Source: a virus
Taxonomy: Duplodnaviria; Caudoviricetes
DNA: 55,887 nt
Virus record (IMG/VR): IMGVR_UViG_3300009151_000088
Location: 1-55,887 of that record
Direction: 5' to 3' (one strand)
Shown: positions 28,034-37,292 of the stretch, one piece after another
How positions within the stretch are numbered: position 1 is the stretch's first letter
Layout: the number at the start of each line of letters is the position of its first letter
The notes under the pieces: model-generated
The model's input: the letters and a program-made list of their open reading frames with translations, nothing else
Databases searched by the model: none
Told to the model about the DNA's origin: nothing
Position numbers and translations under genes: made by a program

Positions 28034-28685
28034 TTTTAAATTCCTGTTCTATTTTAATTCTATATGTATTTAAATAATTTTCAAGTATGTGGTAATCAGA
28101 TTTTTCATAGTGCTTGCCACAAGGGTCATCATAAACATCTCTCGACGATGCACCATTGCGATGTAAGTGTATATTACCTACAAATTGCAAATCTACAATA
28201 TTTTGATTTTGTTTTATTAGTTCTATCTTTGGTTTTAGATAATAATATCTGCTAAGGTCAGTTAAATTATATCGCTCGCACATATTAACAAATAAATGTG
28301 GAATTGAACGACTACGCAAAAAGCCACTTAACATAATAATGTTAGTAAACAACTTATCAACTTTTGATAGTCGATCTTCAATTACCAAAGAGTCTGTTAA
28401 AATTGCTTTGTAATCTACAGGTGTATTTTCTAACATGGTAGGAGAATATTTACAATACTCTGTACCTTTATTCCAGAACACCATTTCGTCTCGGGTATCG
28501 TAGGTTAACCCAATTATCACAAAATCTGGATTTCCGTTGTTAGCTATCCATTCAATGGTAGTTCTAAATGTTCGCTGATTACTGCCGCCAAACTCTGCAA
28601 GATTGACTATATCATGTTCTGCAAACCACTCTTTGGGATTCCAGCCATGTATAAAACTACATCCATTTAATAACAGAGTTTTCAT
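28020..28685 (-). CDS. SGNH/GDSL-hydrolase-like protein
   Basis: LLLNGCSF, NLA..GGSN.R.FRTTIEW and a C-terminal His. Confidence 0.65.
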   Translation of the reverse strand: MKTLLLNGCSFIHGWNPKEWFAEHDIVNLAEFGGSNQRTFRTTIEWIANNGNPDFVIIGLTYDTRDEMVFWNKGTEYCKYSPTMLENTPVDYKAILTDSLVIEDRLSKVDKLFTNIIMLSGFLRSRSIPHLFVNMCERYNLTDLSRYYYLKPKIELIKQNQNIVDLQFVGNIHLHRNGASSRDVYDDPCGKHYEKSDYHILENYLNTYRIKIEQEFKNGDH

Positions 28686-29430
28686 TTATTATATTATTGA
28701 TCCACCATGTAGCTATTTTTTTGTGGCCTTCTATGCTAGGATGTTTTATGTTAGTGTATAGATGTTCGTATCCTGGATTAACAATTAACTTATCATGGTA
28801 TGGATAACTGGTGGCTTGTCCCCATGTATCGTTCAATATATCGATTAGTGTGTTGCCTTCTTCTGTTAGACAAATGCTGTCTACAGATTTATATATCTGT
28901 TTTGTTTTTGCAGACTCTCCTGCTAGTGCATTGGTAAACAGATTAAATTTTATTATCTTAACATTGTAAGCTGTGCTTAATTTTTCTAAGATTGCCAACA
29001 AATAGAATAAATCTATCTTAGAAATTTTATCTATGTCCCATTCATTTATTAAATTTCTATCTATCAACGAAGGGCCACTACTGCCGTCTGTAATTTTTTC
29101 AAACTGATGTAATGTTATTCTATCTCGTAACAACGACGTTATTCCAAATAACACTATATCACCTGGAAGAATTTCCTTAGATGCAAGAGCTACTTTAAGT
29201 TTATCTAATTGTGGATAGTTGCCGGAGCCTCGTTCTGCTCTGTTAATTAATTCTACATTTAAATGTTTGGCAATCAAAGATACAAAACTAACATTGTATT
29301 TTAAGTATTCTAATCGTTGATTGTATGTCATGCCATGTGTAGGAGGATTAGTCTTACTAGTATTTGGGTCATCATAGAAATCATCCTGGTCTCCTACAAC
29401 AAAACTATCTCCAAACGCATAAATTTTCAT
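28657..29430 (-). CDS. SGNH/GDSL-hydrolase-like protein
   Basis: YAFGDSF, NRA..GSGN and HPS.EGH..IA. Confidence 0.7.
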   Translation of the reverse strand: MKIYAFGDSFVVGDQDDFYDDPNTSKTNPPTHGMTYNQRLEYLKYNVSFVSLIAKHLNVELINRAERGSGNYPQLDKLKVALASKEILPGDIVLFGITSLLRDRITLHQFEKITDGSSGPSLIDRNLINEWDIDKISKIDLFYLLAILEKLSTAYNVKIIKFNLFTNALAGESAKTKQIYKSVDSICLTEEGNTLIDILNDTWGQATSYPYHDKLIVNPGYEHLYTNIKHPSIEGHKKIATWWINNIINENSVIKWM

Positions 29431-31503
29431 TTACCAAGTTCCTTTGATTATATCGTTATATTCAAAACTTAGATCCATTTTTCTACGTTGATCATTTCTA
29501 GCCAGTTCTTCGTCATAGAGTTGGAAAGTAAAATTAGTTTCACCTTTACTTCCTGGTAGTGCAAGGGCACGGGCTCTCTTAGCCGCAGTCGAATCTGCTC
29601 TAGAATATTCTTGATAGGTCCATGGATTATCTGATTGTACAAATTTAAAATCTAAGCCGGCTGTCCAATTTCCGTTGCTGTCAATGTCAAACAAGATCCT
29701 AGCATTAAAATTACAGCCCATTCTGTTGCCAAACTCATTCATGTCCTTGTCTGCATCAAATACTAAATCAATTTTGTATGCACCACGAGTCCTCCAAAAT
29801 AATCTTAACAATGGCCATATTTCGTTGATCAATGAATCGGCGAATGAACTTATATTAGGCTTACAAATGTTAAAATCAAACTTTTCAAATTCAATTTCCT
29901 TTGGTATCGGATCAGCAATAGACAATTTATAATGGCTTTCTATGCTATGCCTATTGCTGAAATCGTTGTCATTCTCGTTGATCAGATTGTTTAATAGTAT
30001 ATTAAAAGTCTTTAGTCTAATCAAACGATGAACTTTACTATTATCATATTTGGTAGAAATCCAATTACCTTCAAAGAAACTTTTGGCAATTCCGTACTTG
30101 TCTACATCTTGTGCTATGATAGTATCAGGAGGGATTGTAAATCCGTGTCCTGCTGATATCTGCATTAGGTAATTCCTATTGCGCCATATCAGCATCATTG
30201 TTTCGTAGAAATCCTGTGGCTGTTCTGTAGGGAATCCTACAATCCAGTTACTAAACGCATCTACACCTACACTAGCGCCATCTCTAAGATTCTGTTCGAT
30301 TTCATCAACAGTTACACCCTTATCCATATCTTCTAATACTTTGTTGGATCCGGACTCAATTCCGTAGCTGAGACTTAGGCAACCGCTGTTTGCTAAATCT
30401 TTATAATATTCCAAGTCCATGCGCTTGTCATGCCTTGCGTAACCTGTCCAGTGTATCTTCATCTCACGGGCAATAACACCTTTACAGAAAGCTCGTAGTT
30501 CATTTAAGTTACCGTTGACTAAACTGTCAAGGAACCAAATAACATCAACTCCTTTATTATAGTAAAGATCTGCAACTTCATCAAGTATGCTACGAGCCGC
30601 ACGACCTCTATACTTCCAAAAATGTGTTTCACTACAGAATACACATTTTGCTGTGCATCCTCGACTAATTTCTGCATTAACTCCATTGGGCATAGAGTAA
30701 TCAGTAAAATCAAAATGACTGTAATCGGGTGCAGGAAGTTTATCTAAATCTAGACGCTGGCCTTCTTCTTGTTTCAACCAACGCTGTTCAGTATGCCTAA
30801 CACCGGATTCAATTTCTTCTAAGGCTTCTAGCAATAGTTCTTCACCTTCACCCCTAATAACATAATCATATTCAGTGATAGGAGTCCAGTAGCTTTGATG
30901 GCATTGTGGGCCGCCTACCATGATAATAACATTGGGCAATCTCTTTTTTAATTCTCGAGCCATCCACTTGGTAGGTTCTTCATTACAGTAATAAAGTGTA
31001 AATCCAATCACTGTTGGATTTATTTCTACCAGCTTTTCTATGTATGATTCCATAAACGGTTTGACAAACTGATGTAAGTCAGTGTGGTAAGAATCACCTA
31101 TCCATTTCCATTCGCGGGCACCATCCCACGGGTTAAAGTCTAAGCCTTCCCAGTTCTTGTAATCCTTAGAAGCTTTGGCATTCAAATCAAATGCATAAGT
31201 TTTATAGCCAGCAGTTTTTGTAACTGCGGCTAATCTAGCTACGTTATATGGAGGGAAGTTAATTGCCCATTCAGGTAATACTAAAAATGCTATGCTCGAC
31301 TTACGAGTGACATAGTCAATTTTAACTTCAGTTAAATTACTTTGAGGTTTTGCTCGGGCATAAGGCTTTAATGCATCTAATACCTTTTGGTGTTTTGCAT
31401 CATAATCTTCTTCTTTAATTGGTTTGGGATTTATCTTTTTTAAAGTATAAATCTTATTCCAACCATGATTCTTTTTAAGCTGGGAGACGACGGGGTTTTT
31501 CAT
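29431..31503 (-). CDS. B12-binding-domain radical SAM enzyme (class B methyltransferase-like)
   Basis: P.WA..FPP, IGFT.Y, I.VGGP, GEGE, SRGCTAKCVFC, GIESGS..VL..M.KG and IVGFP.E. Confidence 0.9.
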   Translation of the reverse strand: MKNPVVSQLKKNHGWNKIYTLKKINPKPIKEEDYDAKHQKVLDALKPYARAKPQSNLTEVKIDYVTRKSSIAFLVLPEWAINFPPYNVARLAAVTKTAGYKTYAFDLNAKASKDYKNWEGLDFNPWDGAREWKWIGDSYHTDLHQFVKPFMESYIEKLVEINPTVIGFTLYYCNEEPTKWMARELKKRLPNVIIMVGGPQCHQSYWTPITEYDYVIRGEGEELLLEALEEIESGVRHTEQRWLKQEEGQRLDLDKLPAPDYSHFDFTDYSMPNGVNAEISRGCTAKCVFCSETHFWKYRGRAARSILDEVADLYYNKGVDVIWFLDSLVNGNLNELRAFCKGVIAREMKIHWTGYARHDKRMDLEYYKDLANSGCLSLSYGIESGSNKVLEDMDKGVTVDEIEQNLRDGASVGVDAFSNWIVGFPTEQPQDFYETMMLIWRNRNYLMQISAGHGFTIPPDTIIAQDVDKYGIAKSFFEGNWISTKYDNSKVHRLIRLKTFNILLNNLINENDNDFSNRHSIESHYKLSIADPIPKEIEFEKFDFNICKPNISSFADSLINEIWPLLRLFWRTRGAYKIDLVFDADKDMNEFGNRMGCNFNARILFDIDSNGNWTAGLDFKFVQSDNPWTYQEYSRADSTAAKRARALALPGSKGETNFTFQLYDEELARNDQRRKMDLSFEYNDIIKGTW

Positions 31504-32671
31504 TAATTAATTCTGCATAAAGGGCTGGCCATAAATCTTCAAAAGAATGTGTTTTATCAGTTAGGTATTGCATTTCAACAGTATCTATCCACATTAAAAA
31601 CGAAGTTCGATCTCTGTAATTTGCATCAATAATACCCTCCGGAGCTTCATCTGGTCTGCTAGTTATTAGTGAATTGTACAGGTTTTTTCTAATTTCTTCA
31701 AGAGCTGACATGTCAAATCGAGTGTTTTTAAATTTTGATATGCATCGATCAAGTTCATCAAGAGCTTTAATTTTTAATCCATCTGGTAATGTAAAAACAT
31801 TTAGACCGGGAATATTTTGTATCACACACCAATATGATTGAGTAAAAATATCATTGCTTGTTAAGAAATCATAATATTCGCATAAGTCAAATGCAGAATA
31901 TGCACAATACAACGGGTGTGCATTTATTTCTTTTGGATTAGTATCTTTAACATACTGTAGGTTAGCAGTTAGTGTTTTCCAATCTGCACCGTGCCGTACA
32001 TATTCAAACTTATCTCCGATGTTTTCAAAACTAACACCCCAGGATACATTCTTATTAGCTAACAATTTTTTAGCAATTGGATTATTTGGAACATCAACTG
32101 ATAGGTTAGTTAATATATAATACCTCTTATCGTGCATCAAATCCAGCAAGTGGTTGTTCTGTTTCTGCAACAAGGGCTCGCCACCTAATAGGTACAACTC
32201 TTCGATAGTATCTTTTGAACGTTCAATTAATGTAAACATCGAATCTTCTGCTGATGCTTTGTTAGCGTTAACTTTAATGCCTTTAAGTGTAGCCCATTTA
32301 GAACTAAAATACTCATAGCAATAGTTACAAGATAGATTACAGGTATTGCTCCATCTTAGATCTAACTTTTGCAGTTTAAATGTATCTTTGGTTGCGTCTT
32401 TAAACTCTCCAAACTTGTGCAATACACCTGTACGTTCTGTGCGGGCACCGTATTGTTCTAACCTTTCACATTGATCACAGCTTGGATGCCATTTGCCTTC
32501 AACAATAGACTGTCGAATCTCAGTGAGCATTTTTCCATGTACAATCTCATCTACTGTTAGTTCATTAATGTTGCCCAATCGTGCGCCAGAAGAACAGCAT
32601 GGTTTAATATCACCATCCGCACCTAGAAACAGCGTGTTAAAAGGGTAAGCACAAAATGTAGTTTCATTCAT
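31475..32671 (-). CDS. Radical SAM enzyme with N-terminal SPASM/twitch-like Cys domain
   Basis: FCAYPF...G.IKPCC...C..C, then SNTCNLSCNYC and LLGGEPL. Confidence 0.9.
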   Translation of the reverse strand: MNETTFCAYPFNTLFLGADGDIKPCCSSGARLGNINELTVDEIVHGKMLTEIRQSIVEGKWHPSCDQCERLEQYGARTERTGVLHKFGEFKDATKDTFKLQKLDLRWSNTCNLSCNYCYEYFSSKWATLKGIKVNANKASAEDSMFTLIERSKDTIEELYLLGGEPLLQKQNNHLLDLMHDKRYYILTNLSVDVPNNPIAKKLLANKNVSWGVSFENIGDKFEYVRHGADWKTLTANLQYVKDTNPKEINAHPLYCAYSAFDLCEYYDFLTSNDIFTQSYWCVIQNIPGLNVFTLPDGLKIKALDELDRCISKFKNTRFDMSALEEIRKNLYNSLITSRPDEAPEGIIDANYRDRTSFLMWIDTVEMQYLTDKTHSFEDLWPALYAELINEKPRRLPA

Positions 32672-32695
32672 TGTTATTTCCTATTATATTTTTCT

Positions 32696-33958
32696 TCATT
32701 TAACTTTTTTAAATGTAGAGTTTCCATCATTTAATTCATGTGAAAATATCTTATCAATACTAGATACTTGACCGCAAGTATCTGCACAATATGATAATTT
32801 ACCTTTTGCTACAGATTCTTTGGTCCAAGAATCAGCAAATACTCTGTCCAGATGCTCTGCATCTAATATTTCTTCTAAAGTATGTTTTTCCAAACTAAAA
32901 TGGTCCCAGTCGTAGTCATTCATATGTTTATGTAACTGCAATGTTCTAGTGTCCGTGTACACTCCGTTAAGGTGTGTACCAATATAACAGCAAGGCATTA
33001 CTCTACCAGATTGATCTACAAATATTTCCTTGCCCCACTTGCCCATTTTAGATTTGCATTTAATCTCGCACTTATCGTACTTAGAGTTATCTTCGTTTAA
33101 TATTCTATCTTCATAAACTGTGTTAACCTGTTCTTGAAAATGGTTTAATGTTGATTTAGTTTCTTTAGCCTTACGATAATCTGCAGGGTCAAAAGGATAG
33201 TAAGTTAATGTATCTGAAAAACTGCCTTGTGGATTTTCTAAGTTCCTGTTTTTTGGATCTGTGGGGGCTTCAATAACATACTCTACCTTACCTTCTTTAT
33301 TCAATACACCCATAGGTGTTAGTTCTCTACCATTGTCTACACCTAACGCTTTCTTAGGTACAAACTCGTGGAAACCAAATTGTTCTGCAAGATATTTTGC
33401 TTCTTCAATTTGATGTTCGTTATGTTTAAAAATCAAATAGTCCCAATTGGCAAGACCCCCCGCAGATATAAATGCTGTAAAGTTATCTTTTAAGTTTTTC
33501 CAATTAACATTGCGTCTATATATGTGGTTAGTATCTTCTAGGCCATCAATACTAAATGTTACTTGCCAATAATTAAATCCAGACTCTTTGTTTCTTTTAG
33601 AGAACAACTCTCCTAGTTTCTTCCACCAATCGGGCTTACGCATACCTCCATTGGTATTCATACGAACAGCAGTCTTGCTAGATGACTGCATGATATATTC
33701 GCAGATTTCTAATGTGTCTCTAGCCACGCACGGATCTCCGTGAACTCCACAGAATAATATTAAATTACATTTTTGAAGTATATGAGGAGGAAAGTATTTC
33801 TTAAACTTATCAATAGTAATCTGTCCTATCTCTAAGTCAGGACGAGTTAACGGACTGTTATTATGAAACCTAACACACATCGGGCAAGCCGCATTACAGC
33901 CGTTGGTTAGCTCAATGTGCATTTGACTTAGTTCGTGTTTATTCCAAAATGCTGTCAT
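32696..33958 (-). CDS. Radical SAM enzyme with C-terminal SPASM/twitch domain
   Basis: IELTNGCNAACPMC, GDP, TNGG, FSIDG, and C-terminal C...G.V.PCC...C..TC. Confidence 0.9.
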   Translation of the reverse strand: MTAFWNKHELSQMHIELTNGCNAACPMCVRFHNNSPLTRPDLEIGQITIDKFKKYFPPHILQKCNLILFCGVHGDPCVARDTLEICEYIMQSSSKTAVRMNTNGGMRKPDWWKKLGELFSKRNKESGFNYWQVTFSIDGLEDTNHIYRRNVNWKNLKDNFTAFISAGGLANWDYLIFKHNEHQIEEAKYLAEQFGFHEFVPKKALGVDNGRELTPMGVLNKEGKVEYVIEAPTDPKNRNLENPQGSFSDTLTYYPFDPADYRKAKETKSTLNHFQEQVNTVYEDRILNEDNSKYDKCEIKCKSKMGKWGKEIFVDQSGRVMPCCYIGTHLNGVYTDTRTLQLHKHMNDYDWDHFSLEKHTLEEILDAEHLDRVFADSWTKESVAKGKLSYCADTCGQVSSIDKIFSHELNDGNSTFKKVK

Positions 33959-35168
33959 TGATTAGTTCTCCATATTCTTTAAATGTTTTAAAAAAGTCCT
34001 GCTCTCTATAAACATCATGTTTTTTAATTGTTTCTAAGAAGGTTTTCCATATCTTTAAATTAGGAGTACCATTTTGTATGAATCCAATGATGCCAGGTAG
34101 CTGGTACCATGCATGAGTGTAATCCTTGTTAATGGACTCTAACTTAGCAATAATCTTTTCTTTGATACCTTTTGGAATATAACTTATATTATAATGCTCA
34201 GGTCCGTGTACTAGATTAAGGTATAGACCAAAGTCTGTAAATTCTTTATAGTAGGCATCAATAATCTCTGGAAGATAATAAATGTTAGCTGTACTGAGTG
34301 TAACACACCAGCTCAGGCTTAGATTGCCATAGGTCTTTTTAAAGTCTAAAGCCTTGCCCATGTTAACACGTACCTCATTCCAAATAGCTAGGTGACGCAT
34401 ATACTCAAACTGGTCTTCTGTGCCGTCTATGCTAAAACTTAGATTCACACTTTTAAAGTTCTTCCAAAGTTCTGTAGCATCCGGCCAAGTTGTTCCGTTG
34501 GTATTATAGTGTAGTTCAATGTCTTTGGCATATCCACGATCAACACATATCTTTAATACTTCCCACATCTTCTTACTTAGGAAAGGCTCGCCACCATAAA
34601 AGTCAAACTGTTTAATAGTGCTAAGGTTATCAATTAGGTCGTCCCAAAAAGGACTCTCGTCATCATACTGTTGATGAAATGGTTTCATCATCACAGAGTA
34701 TTCTTTGTAGGTCTTTGATGTGCTATGATCTAAATCGTAGGCTTCCTTCATCCACTGACTGCTAATAGTAGGATGGCAAGTACGACATTTGATATTGCAG
34801 GTGTTTCCTAGGTTTAATTCCAACTTGGCAAGGCCTGAATAGGGAGTGCGCTCTTGCCACTGTAACTCATGTAGATATCTTTCGTTATCTCGCATACGTT
34901 TGCTCTTACGGCCACCTTCTTCTTCTTGCCAACAGTTAGTGCAGGCTTCATCACGTATACCATTGTCAAGATTTTCTCTAATTGAAACAGCCAAAGGATT
35001 GTCAAAATTATTTTGTATAGAAACTTTACCAATTGAATAATCAGTAGAGCCCATTCTGCGATACTCTTTGGATATCATACAGCACATCTTAGTGCTACCA
35101 TCATTGTTGGCGCTCATGCCATGGAAAGCATTGACACACCATGAGTGTTCATTTTGTTCAGTTATCAT
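33939..35168 (-). CDS. Radical SAM enzyme with N-terminal twitch-like domain
   Basis: WCVNAF...KMCC...CTNCW, then GNTCNIKCRTC, FYGGEPF, TNGT and FSIDG. Confidence 0.9.
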   Translation of the reverse strand: MITEQNEHSWCVNAFHGMSANNDGSTKMCCMISKEYRRMGSTDYSIGKVSIQNNFDNPLAVSIRENLDNGIRDEACTNCWQEEEGGRKSKRMRDNERYLHELQWQERTPYSGLAKLELNLGNTCNIKCRTCHPTISSQWMKEAYDLDHSTSKTYKEYSVMMKPFHQQYDDESPFWDDLIDNLSTIKQFDFYGGEPFLSKKMWEVLKICVDRGYAKDIELHYNTNGTTWPDATELWKNFKSVNLSFSIDGTEDQFEYMRHLAIWNEVRVNMGKALDFKKTYGNLSLSWCVTLSTANIYYLPEIIDAYYKEFTDFGLYLNLVHGPEHYNISYIPKGIKEKIIAKLESINKDYTHAWYQLPGIIGFIQNGTPNLKIWKTFLETIKKHDVYREQDFFKTFKEYGELINDSILE

Positions 35169-35947
35169 AATGTTTTATATCTAATTCCTCTATTAATCCC
35201 TCTCCAAGGATAATCTTCAAACGTAACTTTTCCTACTGCTGAATATACTTCTCTAATCTGAGAATCAGCAGATTTAACAAATTTATCGTCCAGCGGAGCA
35301 AATTCTGGCAATACTTGTTTAATATAAACTAAATGATCCGATGGTACTCTATGAGAATCATTTAGTGTAACATAATTTGTTAAAAGGAAAGGTTTAGGTA
35401 CTTGTCCTAGAACAGAATAAAAACTAGGTTGAATAGTTTCTAATACATCTTTATACAGATCTATTACATCAGAAGATGTTTTGCTAAGTTCAAATTGTGT
35501 ATCATCGAGATTAATATTTAACGATAATCCCACACCACACATTGATATAAAATAAAATTTGCAACCTATTTTTTCTAGAAGATCTTTAGCGGCCTTGATC
35601 ATCGCAATATCTCTAATAAAAAATCCTCGCATATCAAAATAATTTTTAATATATTCTGCAGGATAATAATTAGGTAATCCACCCTTAGTAATCCATTTTT
35701 TATCTATGTACCTATCTTCTCTTAATATGCTAGACCATTGAATAATTACTAAATCATTTTTGGTAATTTTATGTATTTGATCTGCTTGCATAAGCATATT
35801 AAAAATGTATATGTTTCCTGCACCAGACATTCCATAATTATAATAATTGTTGTTATATGACTGTCCTATAATATCTGCCCAGGTTGGCCATTTATATAGA
35901 GTATAACTACATCCAAATGCAAAAAATCTATTTTTTATAGTTTTCAT
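35165..35947 (-). CDS. SGNH-hydrolase-like protein
   Basis: FFAFGCSYT...WPTWAD, NYG.SGAGN and IQWS...REDR. Start re-assigned to ATG 35947. Confidence 0.65.
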   Translation of the reverse strand: MKTIKNRFFAFGCSYTLYKWPTWADIIGQSYNNNYYNYGMSGAGNIYIFNMLMQADQIHKITKNDLVIIQWSSILREDRYIDKKWITKGGLPNYYPAEYIKNYFDMRGFFIRDIAMIKAAKDLLEKIGCKFYFISMCGVGLSLNINLDDTQFELSKTSSDVIDLYKDVLETIQPSFYSVLGQVPKPFLLTNYVTLNDSHRVPSDHLVYIKQVLPEFAPLDDKFVKSADSQIREVYSAVGKVTFEDYPWRGINRGIRYKTL

Positions 35948-37292
35948 ATATATCTTTGCACAGGGCATAGAACTCAGCGTATTCAGGAAATGTCTTTAGC
36001 AGGGCTGTACCTGTGCGTTTATCGTTTTCAGTAAAGAATACATAAAAGTCTCTACGACCTGCACGAATCTTATCTTCGCTGATATCATGCTCTTTCATAA
36101 AGTTTGTCACACGTTTAAACTTTTCATATTCAACACCAGTAAACCATTCTGGATTGTCTTGAATAAACTTTAAAGTATTATCCATATAAGGAATAAAGTC
36201 TGGTGTAAGGATTTTAATCATCCAGTGTGGTGGTTCTTTTAGGTAAGGTGTATCAAATGCCACACACTTCATACCACGTTCCTTGCGCCATTCAATTACT
36301 TTTTCTAATAGCTGTTGGAAATTAGTAACACATAGAACATTAAATGTACACATTAGATTAACTGTAGCACCTGTATCCATAACGGCTTTAGCGTTACGTT
36401 CCCAATGGCTACATTCTAAACCTGTACGCATATACTCTGCTTGCTCGCCCCAACTATCGATACTAGTAAAGAAACTAAACTTACGGATCTTCTTTTGGTC
36501 TAGTAGGCTTTTAACACGAGCTAACAGTCTATCAATTTTACCGTAGGCAACACCTAGATTACTGTTTAATGTAATTTCTAGATTAGGAGCTGGTTCGTCT
36601 TCTAGCAGGTCAAAGAAGTGCATGGCCGCTGGATTCATCAATGGTTCACCGCCAGTAATGCGTAGTGTGTGCAGATCTTCTTTAAGACTTGGCCACCATT
36701 TCCAAAACGCATCAATGTAGGGATTTTGTTCTTTGGCTGTATAATATGTGCCGTTGTCTAAGAACTCTATACCATATTGATTGTAGGTTAAATCATAGTT
36801 ACCATATTCTTTGATCTCATTGACCCATTGCGTACTAGACTGTGGACAGCAATAGCCACAACGGAAATTGCAGTTATTACCAAAGCTGACTTCCAAATAT
36901 TTTGGATTAATGTTTTGATCCCAAGGAAGTTCTGCTAGTTTTTCAATTAAAGGTTCAGCATAGTCACTGCTACTGTGCAACATACGGTCGCTTAGGTGAT
37001 CGCCTTCTAGATCTTCAATGTTCCAACAATAGTAACACTCGTCTGGACGCTCGCCCTCTAACATTTTTTTACGTTGTTCTTTTTTCCATTTTGTATTATG
37101 TAATGCGCTGGGGTCTGCGGCAATCTCGTCTAAAGGAATGTGTTGTGGTCGAGGATGATAACAACTATGGTTGTCTCCGGTGTGTAGATACAGGGTTTCA
37201 TGTAACCACTTTTGTGTGCAGAAGCTAGGGCTTACTGCATTTAATCTATCTCTAACATTTTTTACAAATTGTACTCTATGATCATCAGCCAT
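35928..37292 (-). CDS. Radical SAM enzyme with N-terminal twitch-like domain
   Basis: SFC..KW...HSCYHP...ECYYCW, then NNCNFRCGYC and ITGGEPL. Confidence 0.9.
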   Translation of the reverse strand: MADDHRVQFVKNVRDRLNAVSPSFCTQKWLHETLYLHTGDNHSCYHPRPQHIPLDEIAADPSALHNTKWKKEQRKKMLEGERPDECYYCWNIEDLEGDHLSDRMLHSSSDYAEPLIEKLAELPWDQNINPKYLEVSFGNNCNFRCGYCCPQSSTQWVNEIKEYGNYDLTYNQYGIEFLDNGTYYTAKEQNPYIDAFWKWWPSLKEDLHTLRITGGEPLMNPAAMHFFDLLEDEPAPNLEITLNSNLGVAYGKIDRLLARVKSLLDQKKIRKFSFFTSIDSWGEQAEYMRTGLECSHWERNAKAVMDTGATVNLMCTFNVLCVTNFQQLLEKVIEWRKERGMKCVAFDTPYLKEPPHWMIKILTPDFIPYMDNTLKFIQDNPEWFTGVEYEKFKRVTNFMKEHDISEDKIRAGRRDFYVFFTENDKRTGTALLKTFPEYAEFYALCKDIYENYKK

